Assembly: GCA_963846575.1 (NCBI GenBank)
Contig: CAWJWJ010000002.1
Location: forward strand, 32,001-96,000
Direction of reading: 5' to 3'
Origin: an uncultured Nitrospiraceae bacterium
Lineage (GTDB): Bacteria > Nitrospirota > Nitrospiria > Nitrospirales > Nitrospiraceae
Length of the DNA: 64,000 nt
Shown: positions 7,873-20,514 of the stretch, piece by piece
Layout: every line of letters begins with the position of its first letter
Position numbering within the stretch: position 1 is the stretch's first letter
The notes under the pieces: generated by a model
Database searches by the model: none
Told to the model about the DNA's origin: nothing
Seen by the model: only the letters and a program-made list of their open reading frames with translations
Translations under genes and position numbers: made by a program

Positions 7873-9072
7873 ATGGCGAAAGTGCTGGAAGGTCCCGGGA
7901 TGGGGCTGATGAAAAAATGGGGAATCAATGTTCCCAATTACGTGGTCGTCACGTCCGTCGACGAACTGACGAATTTAGGACAAGCCAACGATTGGCTGAC
8001 GAAATCCAAATTGGTTGTCAAGGCGCATGAGGCCCTTGGGTCGCGTTTTAAGCTTGGGCTGGTCAAGGTAGACTTGGATTTCAAAGCTGCAGAGGCTGCA
8101 ACGAAGGAGATAATCGGACGGCAAGTCGGCAGCATCACCGTCGCCCAGGTCATTGTCTCTGAGATGGTCCCGCATAAAGAAGAATACTACTGTGCGGTGA
8201 AATCGACCCGAGAAGGCAGTGAGGTTCTGGTCGCCAATTGCGGAGGAATCGAGGTCGAGTCGAATTGGGACCGTGTCAAGCGGCTGTGTTTGGAAATCGG
8301 GCAATCGCCTTCTCCGGATTCGCTGGAAAAATTGTCCAAAGACGCGGGATTTTCCGGCCCCCTTGTCAAGAAGATCGCTGAATTCTCAGGGAAAATGTTT
8401 GCCTGTTTCGATAACGAGGACGCGCAATACCTTGAAGTCAACCCATTGGTGGTTCGCGCCAGTGATGGCGAATTGGTGGCGCTCGATGCTGTCACCCTGC
8501 TCGACGGCGATGCGAAGTTTCGCCACCCGGACTGGAACTTTGCATTTGCCGCGGAGTTTGGCCGTGCCTATTCCAAGCAGGAAATCGAAGTCATGGCGGT
8601 AGACAGCAAAATCAAAGGATCGGTGAAGTTTATCGAAATTCCCGGTGGTGATACCGCCATGTTGCCTGCCGGGGGTGGCGCGAGCGTGTACTATTCGGAC
8701 GCAGTCGTTGCACGCGGGGGCAAGCTGGCGAACTATGCCGAGTATTCGGGCGATCCACCAGATTGGGCTGTGGAAGTGCTTACGGAAAAAGTTTGTTCGT
8801 TGCCCGGGATCAAGAACATCATCGTTGGTGGCGCAATAGCGAATTTTACCGATGTGAAGAAAACATTCGGTGGCATCATCAATGGATTCCGCAAGGCGAA
8901 ATCAGAGGGCAAGCTTAAAGGAGTCAAAATCTGGGTGCGACGCGGTGGACCGCGTGAGAGAGAAGGTCTCGATGCCATGCGTGCATTAAAAGATGAAGGC
9001 TTCGATATCAATGTCTTCGACCGCAATACACCGCTTACTGATATCGTCGACAAGGCACTTCAGGCGAAATAG
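7873..9072 (+). CDS. aclB: ATP-citrate lyase beta subunit
   Basis: ATP-grasp fold, AGGGASVYYSD, ANYAEYSGDP, GGAIANFTDV and VRRGGP motifs. AAGGAG RBS. Confidence 0.95.
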   Translation: MAKVLEGPGMGLMKKWGINVPNYVVVTSVDELTNLGQANDWLTKSKLVVKAHEALGSRFKLGLVKVDLDFKAAEAATKEIIGRQVGSITVAQVIVSEMVPHKEEYYCAVKSTREGSEVLVANCGGIEVESNWDRVKRLCLEIGQSPSPDSLEKLSKDAGFSGPLVKKIAEFSGKMFACFDNEDAQYLEVNPLVVRASDGELVALDAVTLLDGDAKFRHPDWNFAFAAEFGRAYSKQEIEVMAVDSKIKGSVKFIEIPGGDTAMLPAGGGASVYYSDAVVARGGKLANYAEYSGDPPDWAVEVLTEKVCSLPGIKNIIVGGAIANFTDVKKTFGGIINGFRKAKSEGKLKGVKIWVRRGGPREREGLDAMRALKDEGFDINVFDRNTPLTDIVDKALQAK

Positions 9073-9112
9073 CATGCCGCCAATGACCAACCGAAGATAA
9101 GGGGAGATCCCG

Positions 9113-10933
9113 ATGAGTATTCTGGCAAACAAAGACACCCGTGTGGTGATACAGGGTGGTCAAGCCGGCGTCAATGCCGCTCGCCGCATGGCTGAATTTT
9201 GCTATCTGATCAAGCGTCCGCTGAATGTGGAAGCATTTGTCTACCCGCCCGACGCTGGCAAGACGAACGAGGTTCCGTATGGCAGTGGGCTTATGGCCAT
9301 TCCGGTCTACAGGTCCATCGCCGAAGCAACGAAGAACCATCCCACGATCAACACCAGCCTTGTCTACATCGGCGCCGACCGTGCGATGAAGGGGGGGATG
9401 GAAGCCCTCGACGATTCACACATCAAAGTGGTCTCCATGATCACTGAGGGTGTGCCCGAGAAGGATGCGAAAATTCTCGGAGCGCACGCGCGCAAGCTCG
9501 GAAAGGTGTTCAATGGGCCCTCGTCTATCGGAATCATTTCAGCCGGGGCCTGTCGCTTAGGCGTTATCGGCGGTGCATTTGACAATCTTGTGCTCTCCAA
9601 GCTCTACCGTGAGGGGTCGTTTGGTGTCATTACCAAATCGGGCGGGTTGTCGAATGAGATCATCTGGATCTGTTCGCAATTTGCCGACGGCATCACCACA
9701 GCCATTGGGATTGGCGGCGATGCCTTCCCTGGGACCGATTACGTCAGTTATCTCGAGATGTTTGAGGGGGATCCTCAGACGAAGGCAGTGGTCATTGTTG
9801 GTGAAATGGGCGGAGACCTGGAGGAGCGGGCGGCTGAATGGTATGGCGCGAAGCAGCGTCGTGTGAAGTTGATTGCCGTCGTGTCCGGTTTTTGTCAGGA
9901 AAGTTTGCCCAAAGGAATGAAGTTCGGCCATGCTGGTGCCAAGGAAGGTCTGAAGGGTGAGGGGTCGGCCAGGTCCAAGTCAGATGCACTCAAGAAGGCC
10001 GGCGCTCTGGTACCCCCCACCTTTGGCGCGCTGGGTCCTGCCATTAAGGAAACCTATCAGGAGCTCTTGAAGTCCGGTCAGGTGAAGGAGCCGGTTGAGC
10101 CAGCCACATTGCCACGGCTGCCAAAGACGGTGGAAGAGGCGATGAAGGCCGACGAGGTCATGGTCGCACCCCTGATCCGAACGACGATCAGCGATGACCG
10201 AGGCGATGAGCCTTGCTATGATGGCTATCCAGCTTCCGAATTGATCAATAAGGGGTACGAAATTCCGCACGTCATTGGTCTCTTATGGGACAAGCGGCTT
10301 ATCTCGAAGCAGGAGGCCGAAATCATCAAGCGGATTATGATGCTTTCGGCCGATCACGGACCTTGTGTGAGCGGTGCTTATGCGACCATTTTGGCCGCCT
10401 GTGCAGGGATCGGATTGTCTCAGTCGGTCGCAGCGGGCATGATTATGATCGGACCGCGTTTCGGCGGTGCCGTGACCGATGCCGGGCGGTTTTTTAAGTA
10501 CGCTGTCGACAACAGGATGTCCGTCGACGAATTTTTGACCTATATGAAGAAGAATCATGGCCCGGTACCTGGGATCGGCCATCGCGTGAAAAGCTTACGC
10601 AATCCTGACAAGCGGGTGAAAGAATTGGTCGGTTACGTGAAGAGCTTGAAGATAAAAACCCCTTGTTTGGACTTCGCTCTTGAAGTGGAGAAAATCACAT
10701 CGGTCAAAAAGGATAACTTGATATTAAACGTAGACGGGACCATGGCGGCCGTTTTGGTTGACATCGGGTTCCCCGTAGATAGTTTGAATGGATTCTTTAT
10801 TTTATCGCGTACGATCGGGTTAATCGGGCATTGGGTCGATCAAAAGCGGCAAGATAGTCGCTTGATACGGTTATTTGACTATCTTGTAAACTACGCAGCG
10901 CCTAAACGTCGTGAGGTACCGCCCTTGAAGTAG
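9113..10933 (+). CDS. aclA: ATP-citrate lyase alpha subunit
   Basis: FGHAGA phospho-His motif, ADHGPCVSGA, GPRFGGA, PGIGHRVKS and LILNVDG citryl-CoA lyase motifs. Confidence 0.95.
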   Translation: MSILANKDTRVVIQGGQAGVNAARRMAEFCYLIKRPLNVEAFVYPPDAGKTNEVPYGSGLMAIPVYRSIAEATKNHPTINTSLVYIGADRAMKGGMEALDDSHIKVVSMITEGVPEKDAKILGAHARKLGKVFNGPSSIGIISAGACRLGVIGGAFDNLVLSKLYREGSFGVITKSGGLSNEIIWICSQFADGITTAIGIGGDAFPGTDYVSYLEMFEGDPQTKAVVIVGEMGGDLEERAAEWYGAKQRRVKLIAVVSGFCQESLPKGMKFGHAGAKEGLKGEGSARSKSDALKKAGALVPPTFGALGPAIKETYQELLKSGQVKEPVEPATLPRLPKTVEEAMKADEVMVAPLIRTTISDDRGDEPCYDGYPASELINKGYEIPHVIGLLWDKRLISKQEAEIIKRIMMLSADHGPCVSGAYATILAACAGIGLSQSVAAGMIMIGPRFGGAVTDAGRFFKYAVDNRMSVDEFLTYMKKNHGPVPGIGHRVKSLRNPDKRVKELVGYVKSLKIKTPCLDFALEVEKITSVKKDNLILNVDGTMAAVLVDIGFPVDSLNGFFILSRTIGLIGHWVDQKRQDSRLIRLFDYLVNYAAPKRREVPPLK

Positions 10934-11033
10934 ACCGAGCGGTGAATCAATCAATGGGAAGTATGGGATAGCCTGCTAGGGATGCCTCTTAAGAGGCAAG
11001 CGATATTAAACAGGGAAAGACGGAGATAGAACC

Positions 11034-13280
11034 ATGTCTATGGAGCTCGCCAGAAAATTGTATGCCAGGATGCCGGACGTTTTTGCCAAGGCCAGGAAGA
11101 AATTCGGCCGGGGCCTTACGGTGGCCGACAAGATATTGGTGTCGCACGCCGATAATTTTGAGACCCAAACCTGGGAGCGAGGGAAGGCCATGTTGGCGCT
11201 TCGCCCTGATCGTGTGGCAATGCAGGACGCCACGGCCCAGATGGCTATGCTTCAATTCATGCAGGCCAACAAGAAGCAAGTGGCCGTTCCAAGCACCATC
11301 CACTGCGACCATCTCATTCGGGCTGAAATGGGTTCCGAAAAGGACCTGCTTCGCGCGATGGATGAGAACAAGGAAGTGTACAATTTCCTCGCTTCAGCTG
11401 CCAAAAAATACGGGATTGGATTCTGGAAACCAGGAGCTGGGATCATCCATCAAGTCGTGTTGGAGAACTATGCTTTCCCAGGCTGCTTGATTATTGGGAC
11501 CGACTCTCACACTCCCAATGGCGGCGGGCTGGGGGGATTGGCCATCGGGGTCGGTGGTGCGGATGCCGGTGAAGTCATGGCCGGGCTCCCCTGGGAAGTC
11601 CTTCATCCTAAGCTGATCGGAGTGCGGTTGACGGGTAAGCTGAGCGGCTGGGCCTCGCCCAAGGACGTGATTCTGTACCTCTGCGGTCTCCTCACCGTAA
11701 AGGGTGGTACCAACAAGATTGTCGAGTATTTTGGCCCTGGCGCAGAGACTATCAGCGCTACAGGAAAAGGGACAATCTGTAATATGGGCGCAGAATTGGG
11801 TGCAACGACCTCCGTATTTCCGTTCGATCAGAAAATGGTTGCCTACATGAACATCATGGATCGGGCGGACCTCGCAAATTTCGCTCAGTCGCACAAGGAT
11901 CTTCTTGTGGCTGATGCCGAGGTCTATCAATCGCCTGAAAAGTACTACGACCAAATCGTTGAAGTAGATCTGTCCTCTCTGGAGCCGCATGTGGTAGGGC
12001 CGCACACGCCGGACCTCGCCAGGCCGATTTCAAAATTAGCGGCAGAGGCGAAAGAAAAAGGATATCCGGTGGAGTTGAAGGCGGCATTGATCGGGAGCTG
12101 CACCAACTCTTCCTACGAAGACATCAGTCGCTCAGCGCACATTGCGCGACAAGGCTTGAAGGCCGGGCTGAAGGCGAAAGCTTCCTTTCTCGTCTCGCCA
12201 GGATCCGAACGCATCTACCACACTATGAAGCGCGACGGATTTTTAGAGACGTTCGAGGAACTCGGTGGAACCGTACTGTCCAATTCCTGCGGTCCTTGTA
12301 TTGGGCAGTGGAAACGGGCGGACGGCGTGAAGGGAAAAGCCGATTCCATCGTCAGCTCATTCAACCGCAACTTTCCAGGCCGCAATGATGGAATCAGCGA
12401 AACGCTCTCCTTCCTCGCCAGTCCGGAAGTCGTGACGGCATATGCGATCACGGGTGACCTGGGTTTCGACCCTGTGAATCAAAGGTTGAAGGGCGCTGAT
12501 GGGAAAGAGTTCAAACTCGAACCGCCACAGGGCGAGGAGCTACCCCCCAAAGGATTTGCTAAGGGGGATGAGGGGTTCGTGGCTCCCGCGGATAATGGTG
12601 AAGGCCTCACGGTAGACGTTCCGCCCACTAGCGAGCGACTGCAGTTGTTGCAGCCCTTCCCGAGGTGGGACGGTAAAGATTTTGAAAAACTTCCGCTTTT
12701 AATTAAAACCAAGGGCAAGACCACTACGGACCATATATCTCCAGCCGGACCTTGGTTGAAATACCGTGGGCACCTCGACAAAATAAGCGACAACATGTTC
12801 CTGGGTGCCAATAGTGCTTTTTCATCGGAGCCTGGTAAGGGCATAGATGTGATGACGGGTGAGTCCGGACTTACCATCGCTCAGATCGCCCGCCGCTACA
12901 AGGCCAAGGAGATAGGGTCGGTCGTTGTAGGGGATGAAAATTACGGCGAAGGGAGCAGTCGGGAACATGCGGCCATGTCCCCAAGGTTCTTGAACGTGCG
13001 GGTGGTAATCACCAAGAGTTTTGCTCGGATTCACGAAACTAACTTGAAAAAGCAGGGGATCCTGGCTTTGACTTTCGCAGATCCGAAGGACTACGAGAAG
13101 ATCGAACAGGAAGATCGTATTAGTGTAACAGGTCTAAATGGTCTCGCTCCCGGCAAGCCGGTACAAGTGACGATTCACAAGTCGGGTGGGCAGTCGCCTA
13201 CGATCCAAGCGAACCACAGTATGACGGAGCAGCAGCTCGCGTGGTTCAAGGCTGGTTCCGCGCTCAATGCGCTGAACTAA
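11034..13280 (+). CDS. acnA: Aconitate hydratase (mitochondrial-like type)
   Basis: DRVAMQDATAQM, HCDH, GTDSHT, IGSCTNSS, CGPCIGQW, TTDHISPAG and GSSREHAA motifs. Confidence 0.93.
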   Translation: MSMELARKLYARMPDVFAKARKKFGRGLTVADKILVSHADNFETQTWERGKAMLALRPDRVAMQDATAQMAMLQFMQANKKQVAVPSTIHCDHLIRAEMGSEKDLLRAMDENKEVYNFLASAAKKYGIGFWKPGAGIIHQVVLENYAFPGCLIIGTDSHTPNGGGLGGLAIGVGGADAGEVMAGLPWEVLHPKLIGVRLTGKLSGWASPKDVILYLCGLLTVKGGTNKIVEYFGPGAETISATGKGTICNMGAELGATTSVFPFDQKMVAYMNIMDRADLANFAQSHKDLLVADAEVYQSPEKYYDQIVEVDLSSLEPHVVGPHTPDLARPISKLAAEAKEKGYPVELKAALIGSCTNSSYEDISRSAHIARQGLKAGLKAKASFLVSPGSERIYHTMKRDGFLETFEELGGTVLSNSCGPCIGQWKRADGVKGKADSIVSSFNRNFPGRNDGISETLSFLASPEVVTAYAITGDLGFDPVNQRLKGADGKEFKLEPPQGEELPPKGFAKGDEGFVAPADNGEGLTVDVPPTSERLQLLQPFPRWDGKDFEKLPLLIKTKGKTTTDHISPAGPWLKYRGHLDKISDNMFLGANSAFSSEPGKGIDVMTGESGLTIAQIARRYKAKEIGSVVVGDENYGEGSSREHAAMSPRFLNVRVVITKSFARIHETNLKKQGILALTFADPKDYEKIEQEDRISVTGLNGLAPGKPVQVTIHKSGGQSPTIQANHSMTEQQLAWFKAGSALNALN

Positions 13281-13285
13281 TTTAA

Positions 13286-15541
<2,256 letters not shown>

Positions 15542-15586
15542 CTCATTCGTTTCGTTTTCAAACGGGTGGAACGTATCTCGTGAGTT

Positions 15587-15634
15587 ACGTTGGGGGTGAT
15601 GGATCTGGGCTTTCCCTCCCATCGCCCCCAATGT
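15587..15634 (+). other. Intergenic stem-loop between icd and frdB
   Basis: ACGTTGGGGGTGATGG / CCATCGCCCCCAATGT, a 16-bp stem with two G-U pairs. No U-tract. Confidence 0.6.
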
Positions 15635-15659
15635 TCACCCCTCGCCGGAATCGGGGAAT

Positions 15660-16370
15660 ATGGCACAAGAAGACATCAATGTAATCGATCAGCCAGAAGT
15701 GGTGCGCCATAAACTGGTGACCATTGAAATTTCCGGCAAGAAGTATGAAGTGCCCGAAGGGATCACGGTGATTAAGGCACTCTGGTACACCGGACAGGAA
15801 GTGGTGCGAGGAGCCGGCTGTCTCGGTGGGTTCTGCGGCGCCTGCGCGACGTATTATCGAACGAAGGATGATCCTAAGGTGCGCACCTGTCTAGCTTGCC
15901 AAATGGCCGTCGAAGACGGCATGTCCTTCACCATTATGCCTCCTTTCCCAGCGCGGAAGGCGCTGTACGACATCCAGACCCTCAAGGACCCGAAGCAAGA
16001 CCTATTCAGTCTGTACCCCGAAGCCCCCCTGTGCAGAAATTGTAACGCCTGCACTGAAGCCTGTCCTCAGAAAATCGACGTGCGGGAAGGCGTTTGGAAA
16101 GCTGTCTTCGGAGATTTCAAAAGTGTCTCAGAGATGTTTATGGACTGTGTCATGTGCGGGATGTGCACGCCGGTCTGTATCGCTGATATTGCCCCCAATC
16201 TGGTCGCTCTCTATGTCAGCCGGGCGCAAGGCGCTCACTTCACGGAAAAAGCCCAAGGCCTTGAGACACGCATTAAGGAAATACAGGACGGACGATTCAA
16301 CGAGGAATGGAACAAGGTGCTCGGGATGAGCGAGAAGGAGTTGGCCGATCACTGCTCGACAGTGAAGTAA
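15660..16370 (+). CDS. frdB: Fumarate reductase/succinate dehydrogenase iron-sulfur subunit
   Basis: [2Fe-2S] motif GCLGGFCGAC...CLAC plus CRNCNACTEACP and CVMCGMCTPVC. Confidence 0.82.
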   Translation: MAQEDINVIDQPEVVRHKLVTIEISGKKYEVPEGITVIKALWYTGQEVVRGAGCLGGFCGACATYYRTKDDPKVRTCLACQMAVEDGMSFTIMPPFPARKALYDIQTLKDPKQDLFSLYPEAPLCRNCNACTEACPQKIDVREGVWKAVFGDFKSVSEMFMDCVMCGMCTPVCIADIAPNLVALYVSRAQGAHFTEKAQGLETRIKEIQDGRFNEEWNKVLGMSEKELADHCSTVK

Positions 16371-16442
16371 TGCTTTGTGCCGTCTGCCCGGCTTCGGAGA
16401 ACTCGCCAGGGGGGATTGTGCTCACCGTTGAAAGCGAAATAC

Positions 16443-18044
16443 ATGGATATTCACGCACTCCAACAAATAGTACATCAAACCAGGGATGCTCGCCGCAAGC
16501 AAACGCTTCAAAAGTTTTCTCCCGCAGAACGCGATAAATTGATTCATACATATCATCCTGATCACCGCGCCAGTGCCTATCGGCCGATCCGATTTGGTCC
16601 TAACGCAGAGGACCAGACAGTCGTGGAATTGGCGGCGCTCCTCGAAGGTGATAGCCCCATCGCAGATAATGCGGACCTGACAGCCCACTATACGGCCGAT
16701 GTTTTAGTTATTGGAGGAGGAGGCGCGGGATGTGCCGCGGCATTGCACGCTCACGGAGCAGGCGCGAAAGTAATCCTCGCCACTAAGCTTCGTCTCGCCG
16801 ATTCTAATAGCGTGATGGCTCAGGGGGGAATGCAGATCTCGGTCGCGCCAGAAGACTCTCCGGTGACCCATTTCCTCGATACGCTCAAGGGCGGCCATAT
16901 GCAGAACGACCATGACCTGCTCAAGGTGATGGTCGAGGAAGGCCCCGCCATCGCAAAGTGGCTGATAGAACTGGGAGTGCTGTTTGATCGCCAAGCGGAT
17001 GGGAACCTGCATGTGAAGAAGGGCGGCGGGAGTTCCAAACCGCGACTCTTGACCTGCTCAGACTATACCGGTCTCGAAATTATGCGTGTGTTAAAGGACG
17101 AGGTCCTGAATCAAAAGATTCAACTCCTCGAATTTTGTGCGGCAGTCGAGTTGTTGAGCGATGAGAACGGTCATTGTACCGGAGCCATCTTCAAAGATCT
17201 CGACAATCATCGACAGGTGGTGGTCGCGGCTAAATCAGTGATCCTCGCGACTGGTGGCATCGGCCGGCTGCATATACAGGGCTTTCCCACCAGCAACCAC
17301 TATGGTGCGACCGGGGATGGTTTGTGCCTCGCGTACCGAATGGGCGCGAAACTCGACCACATCGATACGTTTCAGTATCACCCGTCGGGTGCGGTCTATC
17401 CGGAACAATTGATCGGAGCCCTGGTCACGGAAGGCATTCGATCCGAAGGTGGCCATCTCGTGAACGCCAGGGGCGAACGCTTTGTGAACGAACTTGATAC
17501 GCGCGATGTGGTGTCCTCCTCTATCATTCGCGAGTGTGAGGAGGGCAGGGGCATTCGCACCATGTCAGGTCGGGTCGGTGTCTGGTTGGATACGCCCCTC
17601 TTGGATGCCGAACATGGACCGGGAACAGTCGAAAAACATTTTCCGGCGATGATGATGCAGTTCGAGCGTTTCGGGATCGATATCAGCAAGGACCCGGTTC
17701 TAATCTACCCGACCTTGCACTACCAGAACGGTGGCGTGAAGATCGACACGAGTGCTGAAACGAATGTGAAAAACCTCTTTGTTGCCGGCGAAGCATCTGG
17801 CGGCCTGCATGGACGCAACCGGTTAATGGGTAATTCGCTACTTGACCTGATGGTCTTCGGTAAACGATCGGGCTTGACAGCCGCGACTCGTGCCGGATCG
17901 ATGCAGCAAGGGAAGCTCACGGTGAAGCATCTCGAGCGATTCCGCGCCGAAGCTAGGAAGCATGGTAATTCAAGCGGCGTGATCTCTCCCATGATCCTTC
18001 CTGCCTATACACGCAAAGAACCCGAACGTACGACGAAAAGCTGA
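16443..18044 (+). CDS. frdA: Fumarate reductase flavoprotein subunit (soluble type)
   Basis: IGGGGAG, AQGG, QYHPSG, TEGIRSEGG, TRDVVS, HYQNGG and HGRNRLMGNSL catalytic motifs. Start assigned to ATG 16443. Confidence 0.85.
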   Translation: MDIHALQQIVHQTRDARRKQTLQKFSPAERDKLIHTYHPDHRASAYRPIRFGPNAEDQTVVELAALLEGDSPIADNADLTAHYTADVLVIGGGGAGCAAALHAHGAGAKVILATKLRLADSNSVMAQGGMQISVAPEDSPVTHFLDTLKGGHMQNDHDLLKVMVEEGPAIAKWLIELGVLFDRQADGNLHVKKGGGSSKPRLLTCSDYTGLEIMRVLKDEVLNQKIQLLEFCAAVELLSDENGHCTGAIFKDLDNHRQVVVAAKSVILATGGIGRLHIQGFPTSNHYGATGDGLCLAYRMGAKLDHIDTFQYHPSGAVYPEQLIGALVTEGIRSEGGHLVNARGERFVNELDTRDVVSSSIIRECEEGRGIRTMSGRVGVWLDTPLLDAEHGPGTVEKHFPAMMMQFERFGIDISKDPVLIYPTLHYQNGGVKIDTSAETNVKNLFVAGEASGGLHGRNRLMGNSLLDLMVFGKRSGLTAATRAGSMQQGKLTVKHLERFRAEARKHGNSSGVISPMILPAYTRKEPERTTKS

Positions 18045-18131
18045 GGGCGTCGGCCTGAATCGGCGGGTCCGCACGCTTACACCACTCGACATCTCCGATG
18101 CCATGAGCCAATAGCTCTTAAGAGGATTTAC

Positions 18132-19310
18132 ATGAATGTTCATGAATTTCAGGCTAAGCAGTTGTTTGCGCAATTTGGGGTGCCGGTGCCTCGTGGCAAA
18201 GAAGTCACCTCACCAGAGACGGCAGCCGCCTGGGCTGGCGAACTTAATACACCTGTCTTTGTCGTGAAAGCCCAGATTCATGCAGGAGGCCGTGGGAAAG
18301 CCGGTGGCGTTAAGATCACGAAGGATAAAGCGGCTGTTCCGGGTTTCGCGAAGGAGTTGATCGGCAAGACCTTGATCACTCATCAGACCGGACCGAAGGG
18401 CAGAACGGTTCATCGGCTGCTGGTGGAAGAAGGGGCTAACATCGCCAAGGAACTGTATTTGAGTATTTTGGTGGACCGTGATACCGGCTGGCCAACGTTC
18501 ATTGCCAGCACCGAAGGCGGCATGGAAATCGAAGAGGTTGCGGAAAAGACCCCTGACAGGATCATCAAAGAAGCAATCGATCCCGCAGTCGGGTTCCAAG
18601 GGCACAACGGTCGTAATGTCGCATTCGCGTTGGGACTTCAACAGTTGGAGCCCGCTATCATCAATCCGTTCGTGCAGATGCTCGGGAATCTCTATCGACT
18701 TTTCATGGAAAAACATGCCGCATTAGTTGAAATCAACCCATTGATCATCACGAAGGAAAAAACGTTGGTGGCGCTCGATGGGAAGGTGTCCTTTGACGAC
18801 AATGGTCTCTTCAAGCATGATGATGTGCAAAAGATGCGGGATCTTAACGAAGAGGATCCGCTGGAAATTGAGGCTACAGCCAGTAATCTCAACTATGTGA
18901 AGCTTGACGGTAACATCGGTTGCATGGTGAACGGCGCTGGGCTTGCCATGGCGACTATGGATGTCATTAAGTTGGCGGGCAGTGAGCCGGCCAACTTCCT
19001 GGACGTGGGCGGCGGGGCTACGAAGGAGACAGTCGCGGCCGGGTTCAGAATTCTGCTCAAAGACCCGAACGTCAAAGGCATCTTCATTAACATCTTTGGC
19101 GGCATCGTGCGGTGCGAGCGGATTGCGCATGGTGTGATCGAGGCGGCCAAAGAAGTAAAGATTAATGTGCCTTTGGTGGTCCGGCTACAGGGAACCAATG
19201 CAGACGAAGGCCGGAACCTGTTGGCGGAATCAGGTCTCAAACTTGAGGTGGCGAACGATTTGTGGGAGGCGGCGCAGAAAGTAGTGAAATTGACTGGCAA
19301 GGCGGCGTAA
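18132..19310 (+). CDS. sucC: Succinyl-CoA synthetase beta subunit
   Basis: [35 protein letters not shown] and NIFGGIVRC motifs. Confidence 0.97.
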   Translation: MNVHEFQAKQLFAQFGVPVPRGKEVTSPETAAAWAGELNTPVFVVKAQIHAGGRGKAGGVKITKDKAAVPGFAKELIGKTLITHQTGPKGRTVHRLLVEEGANIAKELYLSILVDRDTGWPTFIASTEGGMEIEEVAEKTPDRIIKEAIDPAVGFQGHNGRNVAFALGLQQLEPAIINPFVQMLGNLYRLFMEKHAALVEINPLIITKEKTLVALDGKVSFDDNGLFKHDDVQKMRDLNEEDPLEIEATASNLNYVKLDGNIGCMVNGAGLAMATMDVIKLAGSEPANFLDVGGGATKETVAAGFRILLKDPNVKGIFINIFGGIVRCERIAHGVIEAAKEVKINVPLVVRLQGTNADEGRNLLAESGLKLEVANDLWEAAQKVVKLTGKAA

Positions 19311-19321
19311 AGGAGAAGACC

Positions 19322-20194
19322 GTGAGTATTCTCGTCAATAAAAATACGCGTGTGGTGGTACAAGGGATTACGGGGAAAGAGGGCTCTTTCCACGCGACGC
19401 AGTGCAAAGCCTATGGTACCAAGATGGTCGCCGGGGTCACCCCCGGAAAAGCCGGTCAGGAAGTCGAAGGCATTCCCGTCTTCAACACCGTGGCCGACGC
19501 GGTCAAGAAGACTGAGTGCGATACCTCGCTGATTTTTGTGCCCCCTCCCTTTTGTGCCGATGCAATACTTGAGGCTGCCGATGCAGGTGTGAAGCTGATT
19601 ATCTGCATCACGGAAGGTATTCCTGTAAACGACATGGTTAAGGTGAAACGGGCGCTGCATGGCCGTGATGTGCGACTCATCGGTCCGAACTGTCCCGGTG
19701 TTATCACCGTCGATGAAGCCAAGATTGGGATTATGCCGGGGTTCATTCATAAGCGGGGAGTAGTCGGCGTCGTCTCGCGCAGCGGGACCTTGACCTATGA
19801 GGCGGTGCATCAACTTTCCACGTTGGGACTTGGCGAGACGACCTGTGTGGGAATCGGCGGTGATCCTGTCAATGGCACCGGCTTTGTCGATATCTTGCCG
19901 CTGTTCGAGAAGGATCCCGAAACCCAGGCAGTAGTTATGATCGGTGAAATCGGCGGCGATGCCGAAGAAAAGGCTGCGGAGTACATTAAAAAGCATGTAA
20001 AAAAGCCGGTCATCAGTTTTATCGCGGGCATCACCGCACCTCCGGGGCGCCGCATGGGCCACGCCGGAGCAATAATTTCTGGTGGTAAAGGGACGGCAAC
20101 CGAAAAGATGAAGTCCCTCGAAGCGGCCGGGGTTCGGGTGGTGAAGAATCCTGCCGAGATTGGCGCTGCTGTAAAGCTGGCCCTCGGTCGTTAG
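19322..20194 (+). CDS. sucD: Succinyl-CoA synthetase alpha subunit
   Basis: GTG start after [25 protein letters not shown] and MGHAGA motifs. Confidence 0.97.
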   Translation: MSILVNKNTRVVVQGITGKEGSFHATQCKAYGTKMVAGVTPGKAGQEVEGIPVFNTVADAVKKTECDTSLIFVPPPFCADAILEAADAGVKLIICITEGIPVNDMVKVKRALHGRDVRLIGPNCPGVITVDEAKIGIMPGFIHKRGVVGVVSRSGTLTYEAVHQLSTLGLGETTCVGIGGDPVNGTGFVDILPLFEKDPETQAVVMIGEIGGDAEEKAAEYIKKHVKKPVISFIAGITAPPGRRMGHAGAIISGGKGTATEKMKSLEAAGVRVVKNPAEIGAAVKLALGR

Positions 20195-20208
20195 AATTTG
20201 CCTGTGTG

Positions 20209-20253
20209 AGGAAGAGGGCGTTGGATCGTCTCCAACGCCCTCTTCCTGTTTGT
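20209..20253 (+). terminator. Intrinsic terminator after sucD
   Basis: Perfect 17-bp stem AGGAAGAGGGCGTTGGA / TCCAACGCCCTCTTCCT followed by GTTTGT. Confidence 0.8.
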
Positions 20254-20514
20254 GAGGGCTCACGGAAGGATGCCCGAGCGCAGCCGACCTGTGGAAAGGC
20301 CGCTGTGCTCGCTGCACGTGTGATTGTGGGTTGGCCGAATCTTTCCTTTTCCCTCTGCTGCGAGACGTGGTACTGTACAGGACTCATTAGAGCCGAATGG
20401 GTTGGGTGTGATGGCCTGTTAGCGGATATACCGAGATAGGATCGGCCTCCCTCCAGGAGACGCGGCGGCGATACTAAGAAGCCCTTGTTATTGTCCGCAT
20501 GAAAGGACGCCACT

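Noticed and set aside
18893..20317. 474-aa minus-strand ORF
   Set aside because: It is the antisense shadow of the conserved sucC/sucD genes and has no recognisable motifs.
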